Assembly: GCA_002363545.1 (NCBI GenBank)
Contig: DEWF01000001.1
Span: forward strand, 240,272-304,271
DNA length: 64,000 nt
Source: Christensenella sp. UBA3217
Lineage (GTDB): Bacteria > Bacillota > Clostridia > Christensenellales > CAG-1252
Direction of reading: 5' to 3'
Shown: positions 47,529-58,409 of the stretch, in pieces
Layout of the letters: every line of letters starts with the position of its first letter
Position numbering within the stretch: the stretch's first letter is position 1
Program-made: the position numbers and the translations under genes
Notes under the pieces: model-generated
The model's input: only the letters and a program-made list of their open reading frames with translations
Databases searched by the model: none
Told to the model about the DNA's origin: nothing

Positions 47529-49351
47529 ACGATCCTCTTGAAAAGTTTTTCCAAATCGCGCTTCGTATAGACGTAATAGGCGGGACGACCATGCGGACAT
47601 TGCACGGGCAACCCTTGCTTGAAATAAACGTTCATCAGTTCCGCGATCTGATCATCCGTTAAATAAGTGTTCCCCTTTATAGAACTACGGCAAGCAGCAT
47701 AAGCCAAACGCTCGCGAATGATCGTATCTTCACTTTCCGCACGATCGGAAAGTATATATTTGATCAAAGCTGATACGTCCATATCGGATAAAATATCCGG
47801 AACAGATTGCAGTTTAAAACTATCTGCTCCAAACGGAACGAGTTCGATCCCCAGAGAACGCAGCGCGTCTATTTTGTTTTCCACAATGGCATATTCCGAA
47901 GGCGTGACTTCTAAAACGTGCGGTATTAAAAGCGGTTGCACAGAGATCGCCCCCTTTTCGTATGCGGCAAGCAACTTATCGTAACGCAAACGTTCCACGG
48001 CGGCATGCTGGTCAACAATAATGAATTTCTCGTTATATTCCAATAACAAATAGGTACCGAACACCTGTCCGATCACTCGATAAAGAGAGGCCGTTTCTTG
48101 CATTTCTTGTTGCACTTCCGGCTCGGAAAAACTATACTTCTTTTTCAAATGCTCTTTGACCGAGCGGGTGATCTCGCTCTCTTCGTGCATTTCTTCCGTG
48201 TGAGAAGTAAAAAAGTCAAAAGATGGGATCTCCTTACGAGGAGCTGAGTCAAAAATCAGATGATCGGAGGCGGTGAAAGTATCCTGCTCGGCGGTAATCG
48301 GCGGAATTCGCTCCACGACCTGCTCTGCATCATCTTGCAAAGTATCAAATAGGATCTTTCTCTCTTCGATATCCTTTTCCACGGCGTTTTTGATCGCATG
48401 ATAGACAGCAGAAAACACTTTATTCCCATCACTGAAACGCACTTCTGCCTTGGTGGGATGCACGTTAACGTCCAATTCCGATGGCGCAATCGTGATAATG
48501 AGCACGGTGACGGGATAATTCCGTTTCATAAGATATTGCTGATAAACGGTTGAGATAGCGCTCGTAATGCTTTGATTTTCCGAAACACGTCCGTTAATGA
48601 CCGATATCTGATAGGTACGATTCATCTTAAAAAAAGTACTTCTGCTGGCATAACCGGTCACGTGAATGCCGCTCTTCTCAAAATCCAAAGGCAACAAATT
48701 TTGCCAAATATCCTCGCTGAAAATACCTTTGATGGCCTCACCGAGCCCTTTCCCATCCGAAGAGTAGATCAACCCTTTTTCGTCGGATAAACGAAATGCA
48801 ACACGGGGATTGGCAAAGATCAATTTCATCACGCACGCTTTTACTTCGGAAAGTTCCCCCGAAGGCGTTTTCAAAAACTTTAAGCGTGCTGGGGTGTTAA
48901 AAAACAGGTTGGATACCGTGATCTCGGTACCGCGGTTCATTGCCGTAACCCCTTCTTCTGTAACGGATCCTGCGCGAAGTTTCAAAAAGTGCCCCATTTC
49001 AGACGCTTGGGTCTTGCTTCTCATTTCCACCATGGAAACCGAAGCGATACTCGGCAAAGCTTCACCGCGGAAACCAAGGGTATTGATCTCATTCAAATCT
49101 TCTGCTGAACGGATTTTACTGGTTGCATGAGGTAAAAACGCCGTCTTTAAGTCCTCTTCATCAATACCCGAACCGTTATCCAGCACCTTTATTTCATCCA
49201 AGCCGGCATTGACCAAAGAGATCTCCACGGCAGTGGCCCCTGCGTCTATGGCATTTTCCACCAACTCTTTTACTACCGAAGAGGGTCGTTCCACCACCTC
49301 TCCTGCGGAGATCTTATTATAAACCGAACTGTCTAATTTGATGATCTTCAT
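47525..49351 (-). CDS. mutL: Mismatch repair protein MutL
   Basis: GEVVERP..VVKELVEN, GFRGEAL, DQHAAVER, CPHGRP. Confidence 0.97.
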   Translation of the reverse strand: MKIIKLDSSVYNKISAGEVVERPSSVVKELVENAIDAGATAVEISLVNAGLDEIKVLDNGSGIDEEDLKTAFLPHATSKIRSAEDLNEINTLGFRGEALPSIASVSMVEMRSKTQASEMGHFLKLRAGSVTEEGVTAMNRGTEITVSNLFFNTPARLKFLKTPSGELSEVKACVMKLIFANPRVAFRLSDEKGLIYSSDGKGLGEAIKGIFSEDIWQNLLPLDFEKSGIHVTGYASRSTFFKMNRTYQISVINGRVSENQSITSAISTVYQQYLMKRNYPVTVLIITIAPSELDVNVHPTKAEVRFSDGNKVFSAVYHAIKNAVEKDIEERKILFDTLQDDAEQVVERIPPITAEQDTFTASDHLIFDSAPRKEIPSFDFFTSHTEEMHEESEITRSVKEHLKKKYSFSEPEVQQEMQETASLYRVIGQVFGTYLLLEYNEKFIIVDQHAAVERLRYDKLLAAYEKGAISVQPLLIPHVLEVTPSEYAIVENKIDALRSLGIELVPFGADSFKLQSVPDILSDMDVSALIKYILSDRAESEDTIIRERLAYAACRSSIKGNTYLTDDQIAELMNVYFKQGLPVQCPHGRPAYYVYTKRDLEKLFKRIV

Positions 49352-52002
49352 TCTTTTACCCTCGAAACCAAATCGGACAAAATGGAAAAAGCCTGCATGG
49401 GGTTGATGGAATTCATATCGATGGCTTTGAGCTCCTCTTTGATCTTTGCAAGCGTTTCATCCACGGGCGCATCAAAGAGCGTGGGCTGTACCACGTCTGC
49501 TTTTTTAATTTCCCCTTGCATCATGATTTGGTTTGTGTCACGATATTTGGAAGTTTCCTCCAAGATCTTGGTGATGGCCTTTGCTCTTGCCACAACAGGC
49601 TCAGGCACCCCCGCAAGGGACGCCACTTCCGCACCGAAGCTCTTGCTTGCCTCTCCTCGAGCGATCTTATGTAAAAATACCACCTTTCCTTCAATCTCAT
49701 TGGCAAGGATCCTGTAATTCTTCACCCCCGGCAAACGGTTTTCCAAATCGGTCAATTCATGGTAGTGAGTGGCAAATAAGGTGTTGGCACGAACCTTTTT
49801 GGCAATAAACTCCATGACGGACCAAGCAATACCAAGGCCATCGTAAGTGGATGTGCCCCTCCCGATCTCATCCAAGATCAGTAGGCTCTTTTCGGTAGCA
49901 TTGTTTAAGATGGTTGCCACCTCAACCATTTCCACCATGAAAGTACTTTGCGAATAAGCAAGATCGTCACTTGCGCCAATTCTTGTGAATATACGATCGG
50001 TCAAAGCGATCTCTGCTTTGCTTGCGGGAACAAAGCTGCCGATATGCGCAAGAAGGGTGATCAAAGCCACCTGGCGCATATAAGTACTTTTACCGGACAT
50101 GTTGGGACCGGTGATGATCATGGTGCGGCAATCTTCGTTAATTTCGGCATTATTCGGAATGTAATTGCGTGGACCAACGATCTTTTCCACAACGGGATGC
50201 CTGCCGTTTTCGATCGTGATGCCTTTTACGCCCTTTCCGATCTTGGGTCTGACGTAATTGTTTTCCGCCGCAACCTGTGCAAGAGAAAGAAGCGCATCCA
50301 ATACGGCGATCGCATCTGCGATTTTCAGCATATTGGTCACTTCATCCGCAAGCATCTTTTTAAAGCTCTCAAAAACCTCTATCTCTATTTCCAAGGCGCG
50401 GGTTTCCGCCGTTAAGAGCTTTTCTTCTATCTCTTTTAACTCTTCTGTGATATAACGCTCTCCGTTAACAAGCGTTTGTTTTCTATGATAACGGAACGGC
50501 ACAAGGCCAACGTTGGTTTTGCTCACCTCAATATAATAGCCAAAAACTTTATTATAGCCTATATGTAGGTTTTTGATGCCCGTTTGTTCCTTTTCGGCAA
50601 GTTCCAGAGTAGCCAACCACTCCTTTCCGAGGGTTTTTGCGGAACGGCACTCTTCCAAGTCCTTACGATAACTGTCGGCAATAAAACCGCCGTGTTTGTA
50701 TTCGGCGCCGCAGTGTTTCTCATCCAAAGCCTTCAACAACTCTTCGGCAAGCGGTACTTTTGCGGGGATAACGGAAAAAATCTTTTTCAAAAGAGAAGAA
50801 CTTTCCTGTGAAAGCGCCTTTTTCAGGTCAGGACACAAAAGCATTGTTTTTGCAAGTTGCAACATATCGGATGGCGTCACGTTTCCATAAGCGCAGCGAC
50901 CGGCCAAACGTTCCAGATCCCACATGTTGGAAAGAAGTTTTTTGAGAACATCGCGTACTTCTTGGTGAGAAACGAGTTCTTCCACCGCATCCAAACGATT
51001 GTTCAACACTTTTTCTTCCAAGGAAGGATAATCCAGCCATTTGCGCAACTTTCTCACGCCCATATTCGTGTTGGTACGATCTATCACCCAAAAGAGAGAG
51101 CCCTGCTTTTTTCTGTCGCGGCTGGATTCGGTTATTTCCAGATTGCGGCGAGCGGCGCTATCCAAAAGCATATAATTCTTATCGTTAAAATAAGAAAGCT
51201 TGGCGAACTGCGGAAGCGCGCGTTTTTGCGTTTCATGCATATATTCGTTCAATGCGCCGGCGGCGGAAACTGCGTTTTTCTTGTCTTTTACTTCAAAAGA
51301 ATCCAAGGTGGCAACGTTTAAGGCGCGAGTCAAAGAATCATATGCGTTTTTATATTTGTACGCCCATTCGTAATAGGCTTGCATTTTGGGATATTTGCCG
51401 CTCACAAGGGAAGGAATACGCTCATTTAAGGCGCATGCCGCAGGGTTTGCTATGATCTCGGAAGGATTCACTGCAGCAAAAAAGTCTTCCAGTGCGGTTG
51501 CGGGCGTTTCCGTTTCCTGCTCAAAGAGATTGAATTCACCGGTAGTAATATCCGCCCACGCATAACCGATTTGATTATCCGAAAGGAAAATAGACACGAG
51601 ATAATTGCTTTTTTCCGCCTTGACCATGCCGTCATCGATCACAGTGCCCGCCGTGATCACACGCACGACTTCTCGGTCCACCACTTCTTTTCCCGGCTCG
51701 GGAACGGTGGACATTTGCTCGCAAATAGCAACTTTGTATCCTTTGGATACAAGCCTTGCAATATACCCGTCCACAGCATGATAAGGAACTCCGCACATAG
51801 GTGCACGACTATCCAAACCGCAATCACGCCCGGTGAGGGCAAGTTCCAATTCGCGAGAAGCAACTTCCGCATCATCGAAAAACATCTCGTAAAAATCACC
51901 CAAGCGATACATTAAAATGGTATCCGAATACTCCTGCTTGGTGTCATAATAACGTCGCATCATCGGAGAAAGTTTGTTCCTGTCTAACTCACTGAACTTC
52001 AT
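49348..52002 (-). CDS. mutS: Mismatch repair protein MutS
   Basis: GDFYEMF, GPNMSGKST, STFMVEM, DEIGRGTST, FATHYHEL. Confidence 0.97.
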   Translation of the reverse strand: MKFSELDRNKLSPMMRRYYDTKQEYSDTILMYRLGDFYEMFFDDAEVASRELELALTGRDCGLDSRAPMCGVPYHAVDGYIARLVSKGYKVAICEQMSTVPEPGKEVVDREVVRVITAGTVIDDGMVKAEKSNYLVSIFLSDNQIGYAWADITTGEFNLFEQETETPATALEDFFAAVNPSEIIANPAACALNERIPSLVSGKYPKMQAYYEWAYKYKNAYDSLTRALNVATLDSFEVKDKKNAVSAAGALNEYMHETQKRALPQFAKLSYFNDKNYMLLDSAARRNLEITESSRDRKKQGSLFWVIDRTNTNMGVRKLRKWLDYPSLEEKVLNNRLDAVEELVSHQEVRDVLKKLLSNMWDLERLAGRCAYGNVTPSDMLQLAKTMLLCPDLKKALSQESSSLLKKIFSVIPAKVPLAEELLKALDEKHCGAEYKHGGFIADSYRKDLEECRSAKTLGKEWLATLELAEKEQTGIKNLHIGYNKVFGYYIEVSKTNVGLVPFRYHRKQTLVNGERYITEELKEIEEKLLTAETRALEIEIEVFESFKKMLADEVTNMLKIADAIAVLDALLSLAQVAAENNYVRPKIGKGVKGITIENGRHPVVEKIVGPRNYIPNNAEINEDCRTMIITGPNMSGKSTYMRQVALITLLAHIGSFVPASKAEIALTDRIFTRIGASDDLAYSQSTFMVEMVEVATILNNATEKSLLILDEIGRGTSTYDGLGIAWSVMEFIAKKVRANTLFATHYHELTDLENRLPGVKNYRILANEIEGKVVFLHKIARGEASKSFGAEVASLAGVPEPVVARAKAITKILEETSKYRDTNQIMMQGEIKKADVVQPTLFDAPVDETLAKIKEELKAIDMNSINPMQAFSILSDLVSRVKE

Positions 52003-52014
52003 TTGTTCTCCTTA

Positions 52015-53328
52015 TCAAACGATCTCTCCAAAGAGAGATGCGCTTCTGGATTTGGTTATCTTCACGGATACGAAACTGCCGATCAGATCGGGCGTTCCGG
52101 GCATGGTCACCAACCTGCCGGAATCCGTTCTGCCGCATACCGTACCAATATATTTGGGATTAACGTCTTCCACCAAAACCTCATAAATGCCGCCGATATA
52201 TTCATTGGAAAGAGACTTGGTGATATCATTTTGCAACTTTACAAGGCGAGTGATACGGGATTTTTTAACCTCTGCGGGGATCTGCTCCATCGCAGCTGCC
52301 GGCGTCCCCTTTCTCGGCGAATAAACGAAGGTAAAAGCATTTGAATACTTTACTTTGCCAACAAGATCCATCGTACGCTGAAAATCTTCTTCCGTTTCCC
52401 CGGGAAAGCCTATCATAACGTCGGACGTGATGCCGACGTCGGGCATTTTGGAGCGGATATAGTTCACTATATCCAAATATTGACTTGAGGTGTATTTACG
52501 ATTCATTCTTTTAAGAATGCTATCACTCCCCGATTGAATAGGCAAATGGATATTATGACAAATATGGGTGGATGACGCGATCACGTCCACCACGTCTTTG
52601 TTAAAATCTTTTGGGTGGCTGGTCATAAAACGAACGCGATATTTTCCCTCTATCTTATCAATTTCCCTCAATAGTGAAGCAAAATTCGTGCCATCGGCAA
52701 GATCGTTACCATAAGAATCCACGTTTTGTCCCAAAAGCGTGATCTCTTTATACCCTTCCGAAAGAACGGTTTTTACGTCTTGTACCACTTCTGACATGGA
52801 GCGACTACGTTCACGCCCGCGTACATAAGGAACGATACAATAGGTGCAAAAATTGTTGCAACCATACATAATATTGACCCAAGCGTTCGTGCCGCTGGTT
52901 CTGTAAATAGGCAATTCCTGCGAAAGATCCACGGTGGGATCATCGTGTAAGGCAATTTGTGTGCGCTTTTGGCGTTTATTTTGTAAAATAATGGGTAATT
53001 GATCCAAAGAATTAGTGCCAAGAACGATATCCACAAAGGGGAATTTAGCGGAAAGTGCCTCTGCACCCCCCTTTTGCTGCGTCATGCAACCAACAACGGC
53101 TATGATCAAGGAAGGGTTTTCTTTTTTGAGCCCTTTCAAAGCGCCGATATTCCCGTACGCGCGCTTTTCCGCAGTATCACGAATGCAACAAGTGTTAAAA
53201 ACGACAACGTCGGCTTCATTATAAGACGCAGCCTCGTCGTATCCGATCTCGCGGAGCATTCCCGCGATCTTTTCCGACTCGTGCACGTTCATTTGGCATC
53301 CGTATGTGGTAATAAAATATTTTGACAT
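52015..53328 (-). CDS. miaB: tRNA-2-methylthio-N6-dimethylallyladenosine synthase
   Basis: TYGCQMN, NTCCIR, GCNNFCTYC radical SAM motif, TRAM tail. Confidence 0.95.
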   Translation of the reverse strand: MSKYFITTYGCQMNVHESEKIAGMLREIGYDEAASYNEADVVVFNTCCIRDTAEKRAYGNIGALKGLKKENPSLIIAVVGCMTQQKGGAEALSAKFPFVDIVLGTNSLDQLPIILQNKRQKRTQIALHDDPTVDLSQELPIYRTSGTNAWVNIMYGCNNFCTYCIVPYVRGRERSRSMSEVVQDVKTVLSEGYKEITLLGQNVDSYGNDLADGTNFASLLREIDKIEGKYRVRFMTSHPKDFNKDVVDVIASSTHICHNIHLPIQSGSDSILKRMNRKYTSSQYLDIVNYIRSKMPDVGITSDVMIGFPGETEEDFQRTMDLVGKVKYSNAFTFVYSPRKGTPAAAMEQIPAEVKKSRITRLVKLQNDITKSLSNEYIGGIYEVLVEDVNPKYIGTVCGRTDSGRLVTMPGTPDLIGSFVSVKITKSRSASLFGEIV

Positions 53329-53431
53329 AAAACTCTCACACAATACTTAATAAATTAAGTATATAATAATTTTTCCGAGAATTCAACAAAAAACAAAAAT
53401 ATTTTCCACGGTCTAAACGATACTAATTGAT

Positions 53432-55591
53432 GTGAAAAAAACAAGAAAAATTGCAATTGTTACCCTTTTAAGCCTTTCAACCATGTTGTTCATCTCGGCA
53501 ATCATACTTTTTTGCTTGTTTTTACAAGGAGATTCACCCGATCCAAGCAAACTGCCATCACTTTACGGCAATACGATTTTATTGGACAATACAAATACCC
53601 CCATCGAAAACGATAACTATGCCAAAATCGAAGAGATCTCTCCCTATATCAAAAATGCCTTCATCGCTTTGGAAGATAAACGTTTTTATTCTCATTTTGG
53701 AATCGATCCTATAAGGATCGCGGGAGCGGCGCTCAAAAACATTAAAAGCGGTAGTTTCTCTCAGGGTGGTTCCACCATCACCTGCCAACTGGTAAAAAAC
53801 ACCCATCTTAGCAATAAAAAAACACTCAAAAGGAAGTATCAGGAAAGTAAACTGGCATTTGGGTTAGAAAAAAACTACACAAAAGATGAAATTTTGGAGA
53901 TGTATCTAAACGTGATCTACTTTGGAAAAGGTATTTACGGGATAAAACAAGCCTGCCTACAACTCTATGGAAAAAAACCGGACGAAATAACGCCCTTGGA
54001 AGCGGCCTCTCTTGCCGCAACCGTTGCCAACCCGGCAAGGTACTCTGTTCTTTTCCATTATGCAAATAATCTAGATAGAAGCCGCACCGTTTTATCACTA
54101 ATGAATAAGCAAGGCTATCTGTCCGATAGTGAATTTACATCAGCCTGCGCTTCCAATTTAGTTATAAATTATAATGATTTTCATAATAATTATGCTGAAA
54201 ATTATCGTAATTTAGTTCTTTTTGAGTACCAAAATATGGTTCCTAACGTGAATTACAATAAATACAAAAAGCCTTTCTTTATCTATACGAAGTTTGATGC
54301 AAAAGCGCAGCACCATGCAGACCGTGCCCTTTTAAACTATGCAAACGACATAAGAGATACTATTCCTTCAGTGCAAGCGGAACTTCTACTGGCGGAAAAC
54401 AAAACCGGAGCTATAATTGCAGCCGCCTCTCTCGGGAATCATAAAAAATCTTTTTCGACAAAACGGCAGCCCGGTTCGCTTTTAAAACCGTTTATTTACG
54501 CATCCGCCATAGAAGAAGGACGTTTGTTGCCCGATTCCCCTATTTTAGATGAACCCATTCACATAGACGGATATTCACCAACGAACTATCACAACCGATA
54601 CAGCGGTTGGACCACGGCAAAACAAGCCTTATCCCAATCCAGCAACACTTGTGCGGTAAAAATCCTGCAAGAGATAGGGATCCAAAAGGCATCGGATAGA
54701 CTTCAACGATGCGGGATCCCGCTGTGCGAACGGGATAAAACGCCCGCACTCGCACTTGGCGGAACCACTTACGGCTCCTCCGTACAGGAGATCTGCAACG
54801 GATATCTTTGTATCGCCAACGGCGGTATGCCCGTTCCCGCAAAGTGCATCAGAAAAATCACCGATGCAAATGGAAATGTGATCTATAAGGCAAAAGCAGC
54901 CCGTACGGACCGAGCTTTTTCAAAGGAAACCGCTTATTTGACAACGACTATGCTGAAAGAGACTGCTAAAACAGGCACCGCTAAACAATTATCCCCTTTA
55001 TCCTTTGATATAGCAGCCAAAACCGGAACAGTGGCAAAAGGCAACGGCAATTCCGATGCCTGGTGTGCGGGTTACACAACCGAACACACTTTCGTTTGTC
55101 GATATTCCGCCAACACATTACCAAACAAGGTCACAGGCGGCAACCACCCCACCAAAACCGTTAGAAGCCTTCTTCGTTCAATATATTCAACACGTACTCC
55201 AATGCCTTTCTCCGCACCTAACGGTGTTAAACAAATTAGCGTTAATAAAAATATAAAGGATAACTTACACATTCTGATCCCTTATGAGCAAAGTCCTGTT
55301 GGAGCAAGAGAAAACATCCTTTCCTTTGGAAAATATACTTTTTTAAAAGCAGATCCGAACGAGTTATTTTTACGCAATTTTACCGTTCAAAAAACCATAA
55401 CGGGAGCCATTATAACCTTTGACATCTTCCCGAACGTCACTTATCAAGCAAGCGTAAACGGAAATATAATACCCATAGAAGAAAATGGGATCAAAATAAA
55501 GAGCGGGAAATTCCCGCTCATTAGGCTAGATATTGTTTGTTCGAACGAGGGACAAATCTTGCACAAAGCAACAAAGATCATCCGGCTTTAG
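53432..55591 (+). CDS. Class A penicillin-binding protein
   Basis: N-terminal TM; EDKRFY.H.G, GGSTITCQLVK and LEMYLN transglycosylase motifs; GSLLK, SSN and KTG transpeptidase motifs. Confidence 0.9.
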   Translation: MKKTRKIAIVTLLSLSTMLFISAIILFCLFLQGDSPDPSKLPSLYGNTILLDNTNTPIENDNYAKIEEISPYIKNAFIALEDKRFYSHFGIDPIRIAGAALKNIKSGSFSQGGSTITCQLVKNTHLSNKKTLKRKYQESKLAFGLEKNYTKDEILEMYLNVIYFGKGIYGIKQACLQLYGKKPDEITPLEAASLAATVANPARYSVLFHYANNLDRSRTVLSLMNKQGYLSDSEFTSACASNLVINYNDFHNNYAENYRNLVLFEYQNMVPNVNYNKYKKPFFIYTKFDAKAQHHADRALLNYANDIRDTIPSVQAELLLAENKTGAIIAAASLGNHKKSFSTKRQPGSLLKPFIYASAIEEGRLLPDSPILDEPIHIDGYSPTNYHNRYSGWTTAKQALSQSSNTCAVKILQEIGIQKASDRLQRCGIPLCERDKTPALALGGTTYGSSVQEICNGYLCIANGGMPVPAKCIRKITDANGNVIYKAKAARTDRAFSKETAYLTTTMLKETAKTGTAKQLSPLSFDIAAKTGTVAKGNGNSDAWCAGYTTEHTFVCRYSANTLPNKVTGGNHPTKTVRSLLRSIYSTRTPMPFSAPNGVKQISVNKNIKDNLHILIPYEQSPVGARENILSFGKYTFLKADPNELFLRNFTVQKTITGAIITFDIFPNVTYQASVNGNIIPIEENGIKIKSGKFPLIRLDIVCSNEGQILHKATKIIRL

Positions 55592-55620
55592 AGCTTACAG
55601 CCCTTTTAAACCGCACAGGA

Positions 55621-56775
55621 TCAAAGACGGATCACCTCAACGTCTTTCATCGCTTCCTCGATCAACTTTTCATAATCGATTTTCGTTTCGGCGGCACGTA
55701 TCAACTCAGGCTTGGGTTTGATTACGGGATATTTGGGCAAAAACACCGTGCAACAATCCTCATATGGCTCGATACTTTTATCAAAAGTTCCGATCTCTCT
55801 CGCCGTGGCAATGATCTCCTCTTTATCCATACCGATCAACGGACGAAAAACCGGCAAAGTTTCCACCGTTTCATTCGTCACCAGAATGCTTTCTTGCGTT
55901 TGTGAAGCAACCTGAGCCAAACTTTCCCCGGTAGTGATACTTCCGCACCCCTTTTCCTTTGCCAATCGCTCAGCAATTCGCATCATGATCCTGCGCATAA
56001 TGGTGATCATATATTCTTCGGGGCAGTTTTCATGTATTGCACGCTGAATTTCGGTAAAAGAAACAACGTATAAATCAAAACTACCTTGGTAGGTAGAAAG
56101 AATTTTAGCAAGATCCACCACCTTCTGTTTTGCCATGGGGCTGGTATAGGGAAAACTGTGGAAATGAACGCCACACATTTTCAAACCGCGTTTTGCCATA
56201 CGATACGCCGCCACCGGGCTATCAATGCCGCCCGATAAAAGCACGATACCCTTTCCCGAAGATCCAACCGGCATTCCGCCCACGCAGGAAACTTTGTCCG
56301 CAAAAAGGAAAGTATACCCTTCTTCACGCACGTCTACAAAGATCTCTTTATCAGGATCAAACAGGTCCACTTTCAACTTAGGTGCATAAGTAAGAGCAGC
56401 ACCGCCAAGCGCCATGGCTATTTGTTGCGAATTGAGCGGAAACTTTTTATCTGCGCGGTTAACGGTAAAGCGGAAGGTGCCGTTTTCAGGTAAATAAGCA
56501 AGGCACTCCTTTTTCAAAACCTCTATATCCGTAGGAAGCTTTAAAGCAACACTGTAAGAAATCAAGCCGAAGACCCTGCGAACACGGGTTTCAACCTCCA
56601 CAACGTCTTCATCTGCCAAATTCTCTATCAAATAGCGTCCATGCATCCTGTTCAAAGAAAATTTGATCCCACGCAACGCGTATTTGATATTGTCTAACAG
56701 CTGTTTTTCAAAGGAGAAGCGATTTTTTCCCTTCAAATAAATCTCTCCGAAACGCAACAAAATAACTTTTTCCAT
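55621..56775 (-). CDS. thiI: tRNA 4-thiouridine synthase
   Basis: GEIYLKGKNR, THUMP domain, LLSGGIDSPVA, GESLAQVASQT, EDCC. Confidence 0.95.
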   Translation of the reverse strand: MEKVILLRFGEIYLKGKNRFSFEKQLLDNIKYALRGIKFSLNRMHGRYLIENLADEDVVEVETRVRRVFGLISYSVALKLPTDIEVLKKECLAYLPENGTFRFTVNRADKKFPLNSQQIAMALGGAALTYAPKLKVDLFDPDKEIFVDVREEGYTFLFADKVSCVGGMPVGSSGKGIVLLSGGIDSPVAAYRMAKRGLKMCGVHFHSFPYTSPMAKQKVVDLAKILSTYQGSFDLYVVSFTEIQRAIHENCPEEYMITIMRRIMMRIAERLAKEKGCGSITTGESLAQVASQTQESILVTNETVETLPVFRPLIGMDKEEIIATAREIGTFDKSIEPYEDCCTVFLPKYPVIKPKPELIRAAETKIDYEKLIEEAMKDVEVIRL

Positions 56776-56776
56776 A

Positions 56777-57913
56777 TTATCTCCCAACGTATTTCTTTAA
56801 AACGTTATAGTTTTCAACCAAAGCTGCGGCAAGTTCTTGCACTTCTTCCATGGTGTTTTCTCTGCCGAAACTGATACGGATCACGCCATCCGAATACTCT
56901 TTCAATCCAAGCGCTTTGGGGATGCGTTCATGCGCACGCGTGGAAGAACATGCCGAACCCGTTCCCACCAAAAATCCAACACTTTCAAGCGCATGCTGCA
57001 TCACTTCTCCGCGAACACTCTTAAAAGCAAAGGTGAAAATATGCGCCGAACACTTTTCATCGGAAAGATATTGGATCTCCTCTATCTCGGAAAGCCTATC
57101 TTTCAGCACGTTTGAAAAGGCACGATAGCGTTCTTCCAACTCTTGCCTTTCACCCTGCGCGCGTTTTGCCGCAAAAGCAAAAGACATAATACCGGACACG
57201 TTTTCAGTGGAAGAACGAAGCCCACTCTCCTGTCCACCACCGTACAAAAGCGGAGCGATCGAAATACCTTTCTTCACATATAAGGCGGCAATACCTTTTG
57301 GCGCGCCTATTTTATGCCCGCTGATGGTATAAAGGTCCACACCCAGATCGGAAAGATTGGCGGGAACTTTACCAAAAGCCTGAACACCGTCCGAATGAAA
57401 GATCACGGCGGGACTTTTTCTTTTAGCAATGGAAACAAGTTTCTTAATATCATTTATGCCGCCCGTTTCATTATTAACGTGCATAACGGATACAAGTGCC
57501 GTATCGATATCCACCAACTCAGCAAAAGCCGCCTCATTTACACGCGCAAAAGAGTCAACAGGACAAATCCGAAGTTCAAAACCGCTGTTTTTTAAAGCAT
57601 TTGCCGTATTATATATGGCAGGATGCTCCGCCGCAGAGATCACGATATTGGCATTTCTTCGTTTTTTGCTGCAAAACAAAGCTTGATTATCACCTTCCGT
57701 CCCCGAAGAAACGAAGTACAGCGTTCCGTTAAAGCCCTTTAAGGCATTTAACAAACCCTCTCTTGCGCCATCTATCTCATGATGGACGCTCGCCGCAACA
57801 GCATAATTTGCGGAAGCGTTATAAAATAAACTGCCGTTATACTTTGAAATTATAGCGGCGATCTCATCATCCACGCGCGTCGTAGCAGCGCAATCAAAAT
57901 ATCTATACTTCAT
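56777..57913 (-). CDS. Cysteine desulfurase (IscS/NifZ-like, ThiI partner)
   Basis: YFDCAATT, HSDGVQ, SGHK (PLP lysine), GSACSS (catalytic Cys). Confidence 0.93.
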   Translation of the reverse strand: MKYRYFDCAATTRVDDEIAAIISKYNGSLFYNASANYAVAASVHHEIDGAREGLLNALKGFNGTLYFVSSGTEGDNQALFCSKKRRNANIVISAAEHPAIYNTANALKNSGFELRICPVDSFARVNEAAFAELVDIDTALVSVMHVNNETGGINDIKKLVSIAKRKSPAVIFHSDGVQAFGKVPANLSDLGVDLYTISGHKIGAPKGIAALYVKKGISIAPLLYGGGQESGLRSSTENVSGIMSFAFAAKRAQGERQELEERYRAFSNVLKDRLSEIEEIQYLSDEKCSAHIFTFAFKSVRGEVMQHALESVGFLVGTGSACSSTRAHERIPKALGLKEYSDGVIRISFGRENTMEEVQELAAALVENYNVLKKYVGR

Positions 57914-58409
57914 GTGTAGCACCTCTCACAAGGGTACGAGCATAGTCATCCAAGGCAAGCAGATAGCGCTCGTTTCTCACAAGTGCAACCACAGACTTTA
58001 CCGAAAAACTATTCTCATTTGTATTGTTTTTTACGATAATCCTATTCTTCCAAAAGGTATATTTTATGTTTTTCTTTTGGGAAAAGTCCGAAAATTCCGC
58101 ATTTTTCTCAACTTTTATATCTTCTAAGGCAATTTTGAGCGTTGCTCGTCCATTCCCTTCCAATTCCAAATACTTTTCCGTGAAATGGTAGGAATAAGCC
58201 GCGGGAGAACGTCCCACAAAAAAGCAAGTTAGCACAAAAAAGAGTATCATCGCACCGGGAAGAATCAGCATCAAATAACGCTCAAACAACAAAAACAAAA
58301 CGACGAGCGCAAGCCCAACCGTCAAAGACAATATAGCAAGATACAAAACCGCGCGCTTCACAAAAGCAAGATTGGGATCGGTGTTTATGATCTTATAATC
58401 GTAACTCAT
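57903..58409 (-). CDS. Hypothetical membrane protein (2 TM plus a soluble tail)
   Basis: 168-aa ORF overlapping both neighbours; no family recognised. Confidence 0.7.
   Translation of the reverse strand: MSYDYKIINTDPNLAFVKRAVLYLAILSLTVGLALVVLFLLFERYLMLILPGAMILFFVLTCFFVGRSPAAYSYHFTEKYLELEGNGRATLKIALEDIKVEKNAEFSDFSQKKNIKYTFWKNRIIVKNNTNENSFSVKSVVALVRNERYLLALDDYARTLVRGATHEV

Noticed and set aside
57903-58409. A frameshifted Smr domain of MutS2
   Set aside because: The downstream ORF is hydrophobic with no Smr motifs and has its own coupled ATG.
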